A stretch of DNA of 64,000 nt from an uncultured bacterium (GTDB lineage: Bacteria; Verrucomicrobiota; Kiritimatiellia; RFP12; UBA3636): assembly GCA_902761575.1 (NCBI GenBank), contig CACWKU010000001.1, forward strand, positions 22,435-86,434, in the 5' to 3' direction. A program made the translations under genes and the position numbers. The notes under the pieces are model-generated. The model did no database searches. It worked only from the letters and a program-made list of their open reading frames with translations, and was not told the DNA's origin. Shown here piece by piece: positions 27,174 to 36,476 of this stretch; positions within the stretch are counted from its first letter, which is position 1; every line of letters begins with the position of its first letter.

Positions 27174-30100
27174 CTATTCCGGCATGCGCACCCAGACCCG
27201 GAAGAAGCGGCTGTCGGCGTTCGGCGCGGTCCAGACCTCGTTCGTGAGGAAGGGCTTGCCCTCTATGGTGTAGACGCGCTTGGCGCCGAGGTCCGGATGC
27301 CAGGAGATCTCCGGCTCGTCGCCGGGCACGAGGATGTCCGCGAGGAAGCGCGAGAGCGCATCGAGCGGGTTCAGGCCCGCGACGAACTCCTCCCAGAGCG
27401 TGTCGCCCTTGCCCGACGGCAGCGGCTTCAGCGCCTCGTAGCCGCTGGTCGACCCGATGCCGTGGAAGTCGATCCACGCCTCCCATTCGCCCTTCGTCGC
27501 CTCCGGAATCCACTGCACGCAGTCGAGGAAGCCGCGGTCTTCGCCGTCGGCCATTCCGGAGTCCTTCGCGTAGGTCCAGCGCAGCGTGTGCGCCCCCTCC
27601 CCCTCGACGGCGAACGACGCCCGCTCCCACTTCGTCCGCCCGTCGAGACGCGCCTTCTCGACGCCGTCGACGAGAAACGCAAGGTGGTCCCAGTCGCGAT
27701 AGCCGCTGTCGTCGCGCTCGCACGAGGCGCGCCAGCGGAAATCGATCTGTCCCGGTCCTTCGACCGTCGTCTCGATCCAGCTTTCGCCGTTGTCGCCGGG
27801 CGACGCGGAGGTCGCGCGGTGGACGCCGTCCGCCGAGTCCTCGGTCGCCTCGGGAACCCACGGATCGTCGTCCCCGGTCGTGAAGGCGAGCTGCGGCATG
27901 TTGACCGCCGTCGCGAGCCCGAGCGTCGAGCCGAGCGCCGGAACGCCCGCCCCCGAACGGCCCGCGAGGTTCTCCGAGACAACGAAGTAGTAGTAGGTCT
28001 TCCCGGGCTCGACCGTCACGTCGGTCCACGAAAGGCCCTCCGTCGTCCCGAGCTCCTCCGCCGCCGCGAGGTCGGGCGACGTCCCGCGGCAGACGCGGTA
28101 GGAGTCCGCCGTCTCCACGGCGTCCCACGAGAGCGCGATGCCCGCGCCTTCCTGCGCCGCCGCGAGGCCGTCCGGCGCCTGCGCCACGTAGACATGGACG
28201 ATCGTCGCGGTCGCGACCTCGCTCGCCCAATCGCCGCGCACCACGGCGATCGCCTTCACCGTCGTCGTCTCAAGGATCGAAAACTTGACGGAAGTCGCGC
28301 TGTTCGTCGCCGGGTCGGAACCGTCCACCGTGTGGTAGATCTTCGCGTCCGGATCGGTGCACGTGAGCATCACCGACTGCGAGTTCTTGTTCGCGAACTG
28401 CGTTCCGTCCGGCGGATCGATGACGGGCGTCGCCGGTACGCCGTATTCGTAGCAGCCCATGTCCACCGCCGCGTGCGCGACGCGCGGATTGCCGGCGAGG
28501 TCCGTCTTCCCCGCCGCCCACGACGTGTCGCCCGCGTCGACGCACGGCGCCACCGCGCGCACGCGGTAGTCGCCGTTCGCCGCGTCGAAGAAGAGGTCCG
28601 CCGCCGACGCGACGATATTGCTAGTCCCGACGGTTTCCGTGTCGAGGCAGGAATAGTCGACGTTGCACGTCGCGGCATGGACTTCGGTTCCGACCGGTAC
28701 ATTCTCGACGAAATTGCCGACAATGACGCAGTTTGTCGCGACGCATTTTCCGATGGCGCATGCCCCCAGACTAATGGCGTTCGTATTCGCGGCAACGGTG
28801 CAGTTCGCAAGCGAACATTTGTAGGCGGCACTGGGTGCACAACCGCTGTGATCGTCGTTCCAGACGACATTGCCGGCAATCAGGCAGTTCTCCATGTCGG
28901 CTTCGTACGCCGCGCCCCATTTCCGGCTGACATTACCGGTCAAAATGCAGTTCTTCAATGTCGCAGTCAGAACGGCCGACCCCCCACCCGAACAGTATCC
29001 ATTACGGAACATGAATCCTTCCATTGTCACGAGCCCGCGGAGGGTTTCGTAGTAATAGGCGCTCGGATCCGTCGGCTGATACGCCGCCATCTGGATACAG
29101 CGCCGGAGCCCTTGACCGTCGATGATCGTCGTCGCGGGACCGTTTGCGCTTCGAATGCGCAGGTGTGCGCTTTTCCAGTTCACGATGGAACTGGAAGCCT
29201 GCGCATCGCCCGTATAGACGCCGTCCGCCACGACGATTTCGTCGCCGTCCGCCGCCCAGTCGATGGCATTCTGGATGGTCGCCTTCGCCGTTTCCCAGGA
29301 GAGGCCGTCGTTCGCATCGTCGCCCGTCGCCTGCGCGACGTATTGCGTCGCCGCCGCGTAGTGGGTGGCCCATTCGTAGCAACCCATGTCGGTCCCGACG
29401 CCGATCCACCGCGAGTGGCCATCGAGGTCGGTTCCAAGCTTGGCCTCGGTTGTCAGTCCGCCCGCGTCGATGCACGGCGAGCCCGCCGTGAGCCGGTAGT
29501 CGCCGTTCGCCGCGTCGACGAAGAGCGGATCGGCGTCGATGTTGCCCGAGCCGGAGACGGCCGAACCGAAGCAGGAATAGGTCGCGGTGGAATTGTAGAT
29601 ATCGTTTGCGGCTCCGCTCGTGTAGGCGTTTCCGTAGACGATGCAGGATTCGAGCGTGCAGAAGTCGCAACCGCCGCCGCCGGGCTTGCTGGAAGAACCG
29701 TAGACGGCCCGGTTGTCCACAATCGTGCACCGGACCGCATCGCAGCTGCCAAGTCCGCCGCCCGTCGTGGCGGCGACGATGTTGTTCGCCAGATTGTCCG
29801 CAATCAAGCAATCTTCCAGCCGGGAATTCATGGCGCCGCCCCCGCCGGCGGACGAAACGTTGTTGGAAACGATGCATCGAAAGGCAATGCTGCATTGAAG
29901 TCCCCCGCCGTAGCCGCGGAACGAAGGGTCGTCGTCTTTCCCGGCGTAGTTCCCCGTCACGATGCACGCTTCCAGAATTCCGCCGCGAACGCCGGCTCCG
30001 TGGTCGTTCCGGCCGTTCCGCAACGTAAAGCCGACAAGCGTCGTTTTCACGGCATCGGTCCTTTCGGCACCTAGCGTCGCGCAGCGGTTCGTGCCGCCGC

Positions 30101-33100
30101 CGTCGACGATGGTCTTCTCCGCGCCTTCGACGCTGCGGATGACGATGTCCTTGTTCCTTGCGACGAACGGTTCGTAGACGCCGTTCGTGACGAGGACCGT
30201 GTTGCCCGCGACGGTGCGGTCCGCCGCGTTCTGGATCGTCCGCAGCGCGTCGTCCCACGAACGCCCCGTGTTCTCGTCATCGCCGCGTTCCGCGTCGACG
30301 TACCAGACCGTTTCCGCGGGTTCCGGATCTTCGCAGACAAGACGGAAGCCGACGTCGCTGTATTTGGTAGAAGCGCCGTCTTGGATGCGAAAGGCCGAAC
30401 GGCAACGATTGGCCGCGAACTTCCATCCGCCGCCGCGCCTCGAACGATGCGTTCCGGAACCGGCCCCCGCGGGATTGACCGCGGGTCCGCCGTCCAATTC
30501 GGCATACCAGTCGAGGCACCATTCGTAAACGTTGCCGTGCATGTCGAAAAGGCCCCATCGGTTCGGAAGATAGGACCCGACCGCTGCATGGTGGTCGTTC
30601 CCCCGGTTGTCGACGTATCGTCCGAGTTCCGCCAGATTGGCGCTGTAGCCCTCCGCTGATTCCAGATTCTTTCCAGAGTTCAAGGAGGATTCTGTCCCCG
30701 CGCGGCAGGCATATTCCCACTGCGCTTCGGTCGGGAGGTCGAAGCCGTCCAGGCCCGTCTTCGCGCGGAGGACGCCGAGGAAGCTCGAAGCGTCCACGGC
30801 GCTGCTCGCCGGGAAGTTCGTTCCCGCGTCGTCGCCGCGGATCATGTCGTAGGAAACCGTCTCGATCGGGTGGGTTCCTCCGAGATTCTGCGCCACGTTC
30901 GTTCCCATCACGAGTTCCCATTGCTTCTGCGTCACCTCGAAAACGCCGGCGTAGAAGCCGCGCGAGAGCGTGACGCGGTGGAGCGTCTCGTTGTCCTGAC
31001 GGCCTAGCTCGTCCTCCGGGCTGCCCATCCAGAACGAGCCCTCCGGCACATTGCGGAGGACGAGTTTCGTCGTCTTGTATTCCTCGGTCCAGCCGCCCGC
31101 GGGAACGTCGGAGAGGTAGGAGACCGGATAGGAGGTCGCGTTCGTTCCACCCGAGAGGTCGACGACGAGGAAGCGGGTCTCGTCGACCGGATCGATGCCG
31201 AACGGATAGACGAACGTGCCCTCGTAGTTGTTCTTGCCGGTCACGCGGACGCCCGCCGTGCCGACGTCCACGTTGTCGACGTATTCGACGTCGTAGTTCT
31301 CCGCGCCGAGGATGTCCGGCCAGCCGTCGCGGATGTGGACCTCGGGCGTCTTCGGCGTTCCGTCCCACACCTGGTCCGGAACGACGCACATCATCGAGGG
31401 GTCGATCCGCTTCTTCCGGACGGTGAGCGTCGCGGCGTTCGTGACGGCGGGATAGCCCGGCGCCGTCGCGACGACCCAGACCGGATGCTCGCCCGCGTCC
31501 GTGAACGACGGCGCCTCCGCCGTGAACGGGCCTTCCGCGGAAAGACCGTAGAGAATCGTCGCCTCCGCGCCGGGGAAGTCCGCCGTCACGGAGAGCGCGT
31601 TCGGGCCGCCGTTGTAGACGACATCCGTCCCCTCGACCTTGAGCCACGACTCCGGTCCCGCCTCGTAGGCGCCGATGTCCACGTGCGCGCCCTGCACGCG
31701 CGCGTTGCCCCAGAGGTCGGAGTCGCTCACCGCGTTCGCGTCGCTTCCCGCGTCGATGCAGGGCGACGAACCGAGCAGGCGGAAGTCGCCGGCAGCCTCG
31801 TCCGCGAACTTCGGGAACGCGACGATGTTCCCTTCGCCCTCCTTCAGCGACGTGAGGCAGCAGTGGTCGAGCGTGCACGCCGCCACGTCCGCTGCGATGC
31901 CGCCCACCGTGTTCCCCGTCACGATGCAGTTGTAGACCTTGCAGTCGTAGAGCCCTCCGGCGGGAGCCCCGGCAACGGCCTCGTTCCCGATGACCGTGCA
32001 GTTATAGAGGTCGCACTGGTAGGCACCTCCCGCGGCGGCGGTTCCGTCGGACGACAAAGACGCGTTTCCGAGAATCAGGCAGTTTACGAGTTTACAGCCG
32101 CCCGCGCCGCCGACCGTTTTCTCCGCATTCAGGCATTTCGTGGTCGTGCAATCCTGGATGACGCAGTTTTCCACGATACCGTGCGAAACTCCTCCTAGGT
32201 TCGTGAACAAGCCGTTTGTAATCGTAAAACCGACGAGCGTCGCAACGCGATCCGCCGTCCTTCCGTCGAGAGAAGCCGAAAGTTTTGCGCAACGGTATTT
32301 GCCTTCTCCGTCGAGAATCGTCTTTTCCGGTCCGTTCACACTTTTGATCAGGAGCTTGCCGCTGGTAGCATGGCAGTCGAGAACCATGTTTCCCGAGACC
32401 CTTTTGTATGTTCCGTCGTTCACGAGAACCGTGTCCCCGTCGATCGCCTCGTCCACCGTGGATTGGATGGACTTCTTCGCCGCGCTCCAGGAGAGACCGT
32501 CGTTCGAGTCGTTTCCGGAGGCGGCGTCCACGTGCCACGTCACGGGTTCACGGTATTCGTAGCAGCCGGCGTCCACGATTCCGTTCACGATGCGCCGACT
32601 TCCGCGAAGATCGTAATTCGTCGGAACCAATTCGTTCGTACCCGCGTCGACGCACGGCGATTCCGGGCGGAGACGGTAGACGCCGGCCGCGGCGTCGACG
32701 AACGGCGATTCGGAAAGGACGCCGTTGTTCGAGCCAGGAAGAACAACTTCGGCAAACGAGTTTGTGGCGGAAAAACTGGAGGAAACAAGCGATGCGGATC
32801 CTGTTTCGTTGCCGAACACGACGCAGTTGGCCAGGACGGAATCCGAAAACACGGCGCCAGATCCGTCAAAACCGCCATTGTTCGAAAACGTGCAATTGAA
32901 AGCGGTCGAATTCCGGACGAGGCATTGCAAAGCCCTGTTTCCGACGACCAGGCAATTGTCCATTCGGACTGTGTGGAGGACGACTTTGGAGTTCAAAGAC
33001 GTTCCCTTCACAATGCACTTCCTCAGTTTGGTCCAAGCTACTCCTCCGGTGTCTTGATGCAATCCGTTCTGCAACGTGAATCCGTCGAAAAGCAGGCAAT

Positions 33101-33467
33101 GGTCCATCCAGTCATTTTGATGGGCCGTGTTCGTTCCCTTGGCGACGCGGCGCTGACCATCGGCGTCGATGATCGTGACGAGAGGGCCGTCCGTGCTGCG
33201 GACCGTAGCAGAACGCCCATTGGAATTATAGACGGCACCAACGGAGTCCGCCGTCTCCTTGTAGGTTCCCGGGCCGACGAGGATCAAGTCGCCGTCGGAG
33301 CAGGAAGTCACCGCCTTTTGGATCGTTTTGAAGGGCTTTGCGGAAGTGCCTTCGTTCGAGTCGGAACCCGAAGAGGCGGAAACGTACCAGTTCTTCGCGA
33401 ACCCGGAGGGCGCGAAACCGGCGAGAAGAAGAAGGAACGAGACTGCGGGGAGGCGCGAGCGGAGCAT
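27174..33467 (-). CDS. 2097-aa secreted protein: four right-handed parallel beta-helix modules, internal FGE-sulfatase (SUMF1-like) domain, Ig/Fn3-like domains, unknown C-terminal domain
   Basis: Track ORF with signal peptide MLRSRLPAVSFLLLLAGFAPSGFA. Four module starts have the form W(Y/H)V(D/S)A..G(D/N)D.N.G(T/L)SW..A..(T/S)IQ.A.D.A..GD.(I/V)LV, each ending ...FVDAA.GDYRL...SPC(I/V)DAG. The FGE-like stretch includes HGNVYEWCLDWY...RGGGW. Confidence 0.8.
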   Translation of the reverse strand: MLRSRLPAVSFLLLLAGFAPSGFAKNWYVSASSGSDSNEGTSAKPFKTIQKAVTSCSDGDLILVGPGTYKETADSVGAVYNSNGRSATVRSTDGPLVTIIDADGQRRVAKGTNTAHQNDWMDHCLLFDGFTLQNGLHQDTGGVAWTKLRKCIVKGTSLNSKVVLHTVRMDNCLVVGNRALQCLVRNSTAFNCTFSNNGGFDGSGAVFSDSVLANCVVFGNETGSASLVSSSFSATNSFAEVVLPGSNNGVLSESPFVDAAAGVYRLRPESPCVDAGTNELVPTNYDLRGSRRIVNGIVDAGCYEYREPVTWHVDAASGNDSNDGLSWSAAKKSIQSTVDEAIDGDTVLVNDGTYKRVSGNMVLDCHATSGKLLIKSVNGPEKTILDGEGKYRCAKLSASLDGRTADRVATLVGFTITNGLFTNLGGVSHGIVENCVIQDCTTTKCLNAEKTVGGAGGCKLVNCLILGNASLSSDGTAAAGGAYQCDLYNCTVIGNEAVAGAPAGGLYDCKVYNCIVTGNTVGGIAADVAACTLDHCCLTSLKEGEGNIVAFPKFADEAAGDFRLLGSSPCIDAGSDANAVSDSDLWGNARVQGAHVDIGAYEAGPESWLKVEGTDVVYNGGPNALSVTADFPGAEATILYGLSAEGPFTAEAPSFTDAGEHPVWVVATAPGYPAVTNAATLTVRKKRIDPSMMCVVPDQVWDGTPKTPEVHIRDGWPDILGAENYDVEYVDNVDVGTAGVRVTGKNNYEGTFVYPFGIDPVDETRFLVVDLSGGTNATSYPVSYLSDVPAGGWTEEYKTTKLVLRNVPEGSFWMGSPEDELGRQDNETLHRVTLSRGFYAGVFEVTQKQWELVMGTNVAQNLGGTHPIETVSYDMIRGDDAGTNFPASSAVDASSFLGVLRAKTGLDGFDLPTEAQWEYACRAGTESSLNSGKNLESAEGYSANLAELGRYVDNRGNDHHAAVGSYLPNRWGLFDMHGNVYEWCLDWYAELDGGPAVNPAGAGSGTHRSRRGGGWKFAANRCRSAFRIQDGASTKYSDVGFRLVCEDPEPAETVWYVDAERGDDENTGRSWDDALRTIQNAADRTVAGNTVLVTNGVYEPFVARNKDIVIRSVEGAEKTIVDGGGTNRCATLGAERTDAVKTTLVGFTLRNGRNDHGAGVRGGILEACIVTGNYAGKDDDPSFRGYGGGLQCSIAFRCIVSNNVSSAGGGGAMNSRLEDCLIADNLANNIVAATTGGGLGSCDAVRCTIVDNRAVYGSSSKPGGGGCDFCTLESCIVYGNAYTSGAANDIYNSTATYSCFGSAVSGSGNIDADPLFVDAANGDYRLTAGSPCIDAGGLTTEAKLGTDLDGHSRWIGVGTDMGCYEWATHYAAATQYVAQATGDDANDGLSWETAKATIQNAIDWAADGDEIVVADGVYTGDAQASSSIVNWKSAHLRIRSANGPATTIIDGQGLRRCIQMAAYQPTDPSAYYYETLRGLVTMEGFMFRNGYCSGGGSAVLTATLKNCILTGNVSRKWGAAYEADMENCLIAGNVVWNDDHSGCAPSAAYKCSLANCTVAANTNAISLGACAIGKCVATNCVIVGNFVENVPVGTEVHAATCNVDYSCLDTETVGTSNIVASAADLFFDAANGDYRVRAVAPCVDAGDTSWAAGKTDLAGNPRVAHAAVDMGCYEYGVPATPVIDPPDGTQFANKNSQSVMLTCTDPDAKIYHTVDGSDPATNSATSVKFSILETTTVKAIAVVRGDWASEVATATIVHVYVAQAPDGLAAAQEGAGIALSWDAVETADSYRVCRGTSPDLAAAEELGTTEGLSWTDVTVEPGKTYYYFVVSENLAGRSGAGVPALGSTLGLATAVNMPQLAFTTGDDDPWVPEATEDSADGVHRATSASPGDNGESWIETTVEGPGQIDFRWRASCERDDSGYRDWDHLAFLVDGVEKARLDGRTKWERASFAVEGEGAHTLRWTYAKDSGMADGEDRGFLDCVQWIPEATKGEWEAWIDFHGIGSTSGYEALKPLPSGKGDTLWEEFVAGLNPLDALSRFLADILVPGDEPEISWHPDLGAKRVYTIEGKPFLTNEVWTAPNADSRFFRVWVRMPE

Positions 33468-33681
33468 GGCGGAATCCTTGCCCCGGGGTGTAGAGCCGAA
33501 GGCGGGTTCGGGGCGAAAGAGCCTACCTTCGGTGTCTGCCGTCCGTATGAAACGGCAGGTGCCGAGGCGGGGATGTTTGCCCCGTCACGGCGCGACGGGG
33601 CGTAGGATACCAGAACCGCCCCATGAATACAAGCGCAGTTTGCGGCAAAGCGGGCGCGCGCGAAGGTCCTGGCGGAGCCCG

Positions 33682-33950
33682 CTAGTCCGCGAGCCATTCA
33701 TGGGCCGGGACGACGCGGATGGCTCGGCCGTCCTCGCGGGCGAAGTCGCGCTGCCTCAGCGTGACGATCGTCCCTTCGCGCAGGCCGAACTGCCGCAGGG
33801 CGCCGAGAATCCCGGCCAGTTCGCGCTCGCGGTTCTCGGACACAAGCTCGTAGCAGACCTGCTCCGCGGAGAACGCGCCGGAGGCGTCGGCGAAGACGAA
33901 GTCGCACTCGGAGGCGTCGTCCGCCCAGTAGAAGCGCCGCGCGCTCCGGC
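33682..33950 (-). pseudogene. truncated C-terminal fragment of a COG1373/DUF4143 AAA+ ATPase homolog (no start codon, in-frame stop just upstream)
   Basis: Translation RRFYWADDASECDFVFADASGAFSAEQVCYELVSENRERELAGILGALRQFGLREGTIVTLRQRDFAREDGRAIRVVPAHEWLAD matches the conserved C-terminal block of COG1373 ATPases (..YWRD.SG.EVDFV..). An AT-rich junction at 33985-34040 is adjacent. Confidence 0.5.
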
Positions 33951-34096
33951 GGCGGATCCGCGCCCAGGCGCAACGGAGACGACCATTATTTTACCACGAT
34001 TGCAATATTTTTTTTCTATTGTTGAAATATCTGCCGCGCGTCCAGTTGCTTTCCGAATCAAGGGCGAATCGGACGCGAAGGGCGCGAGGGCGCGTC

Positions 34097-34121
34097 GTGG
34101 CGGGGTGCGACACCCCGCCAC
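34097..34121 (-). terminator. GC-rich palindromic hairpin GTGGCGGGGTGCGaCACCCCGCCAC 8 nt downstream of the GH36-like gene stop
   Basis: Copy of the recurring 24-nt palindrome family. No U-tract. Confidence 0.45.
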
Positions 34122-34128
34122 GGCATCC

Positions 34129-35724
34129 TCAACGAGGCGCGATCTTGACCCAGACGAAGTCGAGCTTGTCGCGGACGGCGACCGTGAGGACGCCGCCTTC
34201 GATCCGCGCTTCGCCGCGACCGCCGATGACGGTCGGCTCCAGGCCGTCCGAGGGCAGGTAGTCGGCGAGGGGCAGGGAGAACTCCTCGCGCGCGTCCAGC
34301 TCGCGGAAGAGAAGCGCCGTTCCCGCCGTTCCGTCGCGGGACGCCGACACGAAGCCCGTCCAGGAGAGGCCGTCCGGCGCGCTCCCGACGGGATGGACGT
34401 AGCCCTCGTGGATCGCGTCGCGCTCCCGCTTCCATCGGGCGATGAGGGGCTTCCACGCCTCGACCGTCTCCCGCGAGAGGTTCTGGATCTCGAACCATCC
34501 GAGCGGCGAGGAGTACATCGCGATCGCGAAGATCGCGTCGCGCGGCCAGCGCAGGGGCGCGAGCGAGTCGCCATCGGGATACAGTTCCGGCTGGCGCTCG
34601 GGGTTCAGGACCTCCATCCGCAGACGCACGGGATCGACGGCGTGCGCGAGGCCCCAGAGGTTCCGCAGCGTGCGGTGCGGCCACCAGAGGCGGCCGTCGC
34701 CCTCGCGGACGTAGCGGTTTTCCACGAAAACGGGGCCGATGCGCGGGAACGCGAAGTAGCCGGGGCGCCGCCCCGCCGTGACGTCGAGGTCGACGGTGAT
34801 GCGGCCGCCCGACCCGTCCATCAGCCGGTCCATCAGCATCCCCTGGCGCGCGAATGCGAGAGGGGTCGGCGTGTCCATCGAGTCGAACTTGAAGTAGTCG
34901 ATGCCGAAAGAGCGGTGGAGGGACAGGAGGAAGTCGGCGTCCCGCCGCCAGTTCGCCGCCTCGTCGGAGGAGTCCGGCCCGAACCACAGCCCGAACTTCA
35001 GGCCCTTCGCGCGCGCCTCCGCGATGAGCGGCGCGAGCCCGCCCGGGAACCGGACGGGGTCGACGTCCCAGAACCCCGCCTCCTCCCACCAGGAGCCCCA
35101 GCGCCCCTTTTCGCCCCTCGCGACGCGGACGGAATTGGCCGTGTAGCCCTTCTCCCAGCCGTCGTCGATCTGGATCACGTCCACGCCGAGCTCGGCCCCC
35201 GCCGCGATCTCGCCCCGCAGGAAGCGCTCGTTGACGCAGGCGTCCTGGTGCCCGTCGCCCCAGGTGTTGGAGAGGAAGAGCCCGTCGCGCCCCGCGACGT
35301 ACGGGCGGAACGACCGGTGGAAGTCCGTGGCCGCGCGGACGCGCCCCGCCCTCCCGCCGCGATAGCCGACGCGGAAGCACCGGTAGGGACTGGAAAGGAT
35401 GCGCAGCATCTGCCGCCCGGGATCCACGTGCCAGTCGGGCGAATCGTCCGCCCGCGCGTGCGGCAGCGGCGCCTGGCGGAAGAAGGCGACGCCCTCCCCG
35501 CCGAGCGAATCCTCGAGGAAGAGCGCCGGTCCGGCAACGTCGAACGGCCTCTCGCAGCGGGAAAGCAGGCGCTCCTTCTCGAAGTAGAGGTCATCGTGCC
35601 GGTCCGTGTCGTCCACCAGCTGGACCTCGACCAGCCGCGGATGCTCCCACGTGTAGCGGAACTCGCCGCCCTCCTCCGCTCCGTACGGAAGCGCACGGAC
35701 CTCGGGCACGACGGAATCGGGCAT
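34129..35724 (-). CDS. alpha-galactosidase-like glycoside hydrolase (clan GH-D, GH36/melibiase-like)
   Basis: Track ORF. Motifs VIQIDDGWEKG and DYFKFDSMD. 14-nt gap to the upstream CDS. Confidence 0.55.
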   Translation of the reverse strand: MPDSVVPEVRALPYGAEEGGEFRYTWEHPRLVEVQLVDDTDRHDDLYFEKERLLSRCERPFDVAGPALFLEDSLGGEGVAFFRQAPLPHARADDSPDWHVDPGRQMLRILSSPYRCFRVGYRGGRAGRVRAATDFHRSFRPYVAGRDGLFLSNTWGDGHQDACVNERFLRGEIAAGAELGVDVIQIDDGWEKGYTANSVRVARGEKGRWGSWWEEAGFWDVDPVRFPGGLAPLIAEARAKGLKFGLWFGPDSSDEAANWRRDADFLLSLHRSFGIDYFKFDSMDTPTPLAFARQGMLMDRLMDGSGGRITVDLDVTAGRRPGYFAFPRIGPVFVENRYVREGDGRLWWPHRTLRNLWGLAHAVDPVRLRMEVLNPERQPELYPDGDSLAPLRWPRDAIFAIAMYSSPLGWFEIQNLSRETVEAWKPLIARWKRERDAIHEGYVHPVGSAPDGLSWTGFVSASRDGTAGTALLFRELDAREEFSLPLADYLPSDGLEPTVIGGRGEARIEGGVLTVAVRDKLDFVWVKIAPR

Positions 35725-35737
35725 GGAAGGAAGGCCC

Positions 35738-36388
35738 TTACTTGACGGTAATGACCGCCGGCTTCCCCGCCGGTTCGTCCGACGGAAGCTCGCGCACCTG
35801 GATGGCGTTGATCAAAGCCTGGCCGCTGTACGAGATCGTGAACTCCTCCGTCGTGGCTTCGGCGGTGAACTGGCAGATCAGCGAACCGCCGTATTCCCAT
35901 CCGGTTCCGGCGAACTTGGCAACCGTCGTTCGGTCCGGCGCGGTCGCCGACTGCGTCGTGTAGTCGTTGCGGAAGGCGACCATCTGGACCAGATACCGCT
36001 TCCCGGATTCCAGATTCTTCAACGCGATCGGCCGGTCCTTGCCGTTTGCCCACCAGCCATTCGACAGCAGATCCTTGTAATCGCCCGACTCGGTGTCGGA
36101 GGGAGGCGACGAAACGGCGTTGCCGGCTCCGCCCGAGGCTTCCCAGACGACGCAGTCCGCCGTATTGACGATTTTGTCGCCGACACCGGCGAACGAAACG
36201 CCGTTGACCGTGTAGTTTCCGCGGGCGTAGGCGTACTTGAGCGTTCCGTCCGTGCGGATCGACGTGCTGCTCGCCGTCAGTGGCGTAGCAGACCACGTGA
36301 CGTCCGTTGCCGCCCCGGCGGGGGCGGCGACGAGCGCGGCGGCGGCCGCGAGGGCGAGGGCGGCGGTTTTCCTGACGATGCGATTCAT
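35738..36388 (-). CDS. small secreted stand-alone malectin-like beta-sandwich (putative carbohydrate-binding) protein
   Basis: Start MNRIVRKTAALALAAAAALVAAPAGA at 36386-36388. Motifs NGWWAN...YLVQMV...INAIQVREL. AAGGAG Shine-Dalgarno site 7 nt upstream. Confidence 0.6.
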   Translation of the reverse strand: MNRIVRKTAALALAAAAALVAAPAGAATDVTWSATPLTASSTSIRTDGTLKYAYARGNYTVNGVSFAGVGDKIVNTADCVVWEASGGAGNAVSSPPSDTESGDYKDLLSNGWWANGKDRPIALKNLESGKRYLVQMVAFRNDYTTQSATAPDRTTVAKFAGTGWEYGGSLICQFTAEATTEEFTISYSGQALINAIQVRELPSDEPAGKPAVITVK

Positions 36389-36476
36389 GGGACGTCTCCT
36401 TGTCCGGGACGGGGTTGTCGTCGGCCGGTTCTCCCGGCCGCCTCCGACGGAGGCCGTGGCGGTGCCGACGTCCCGT

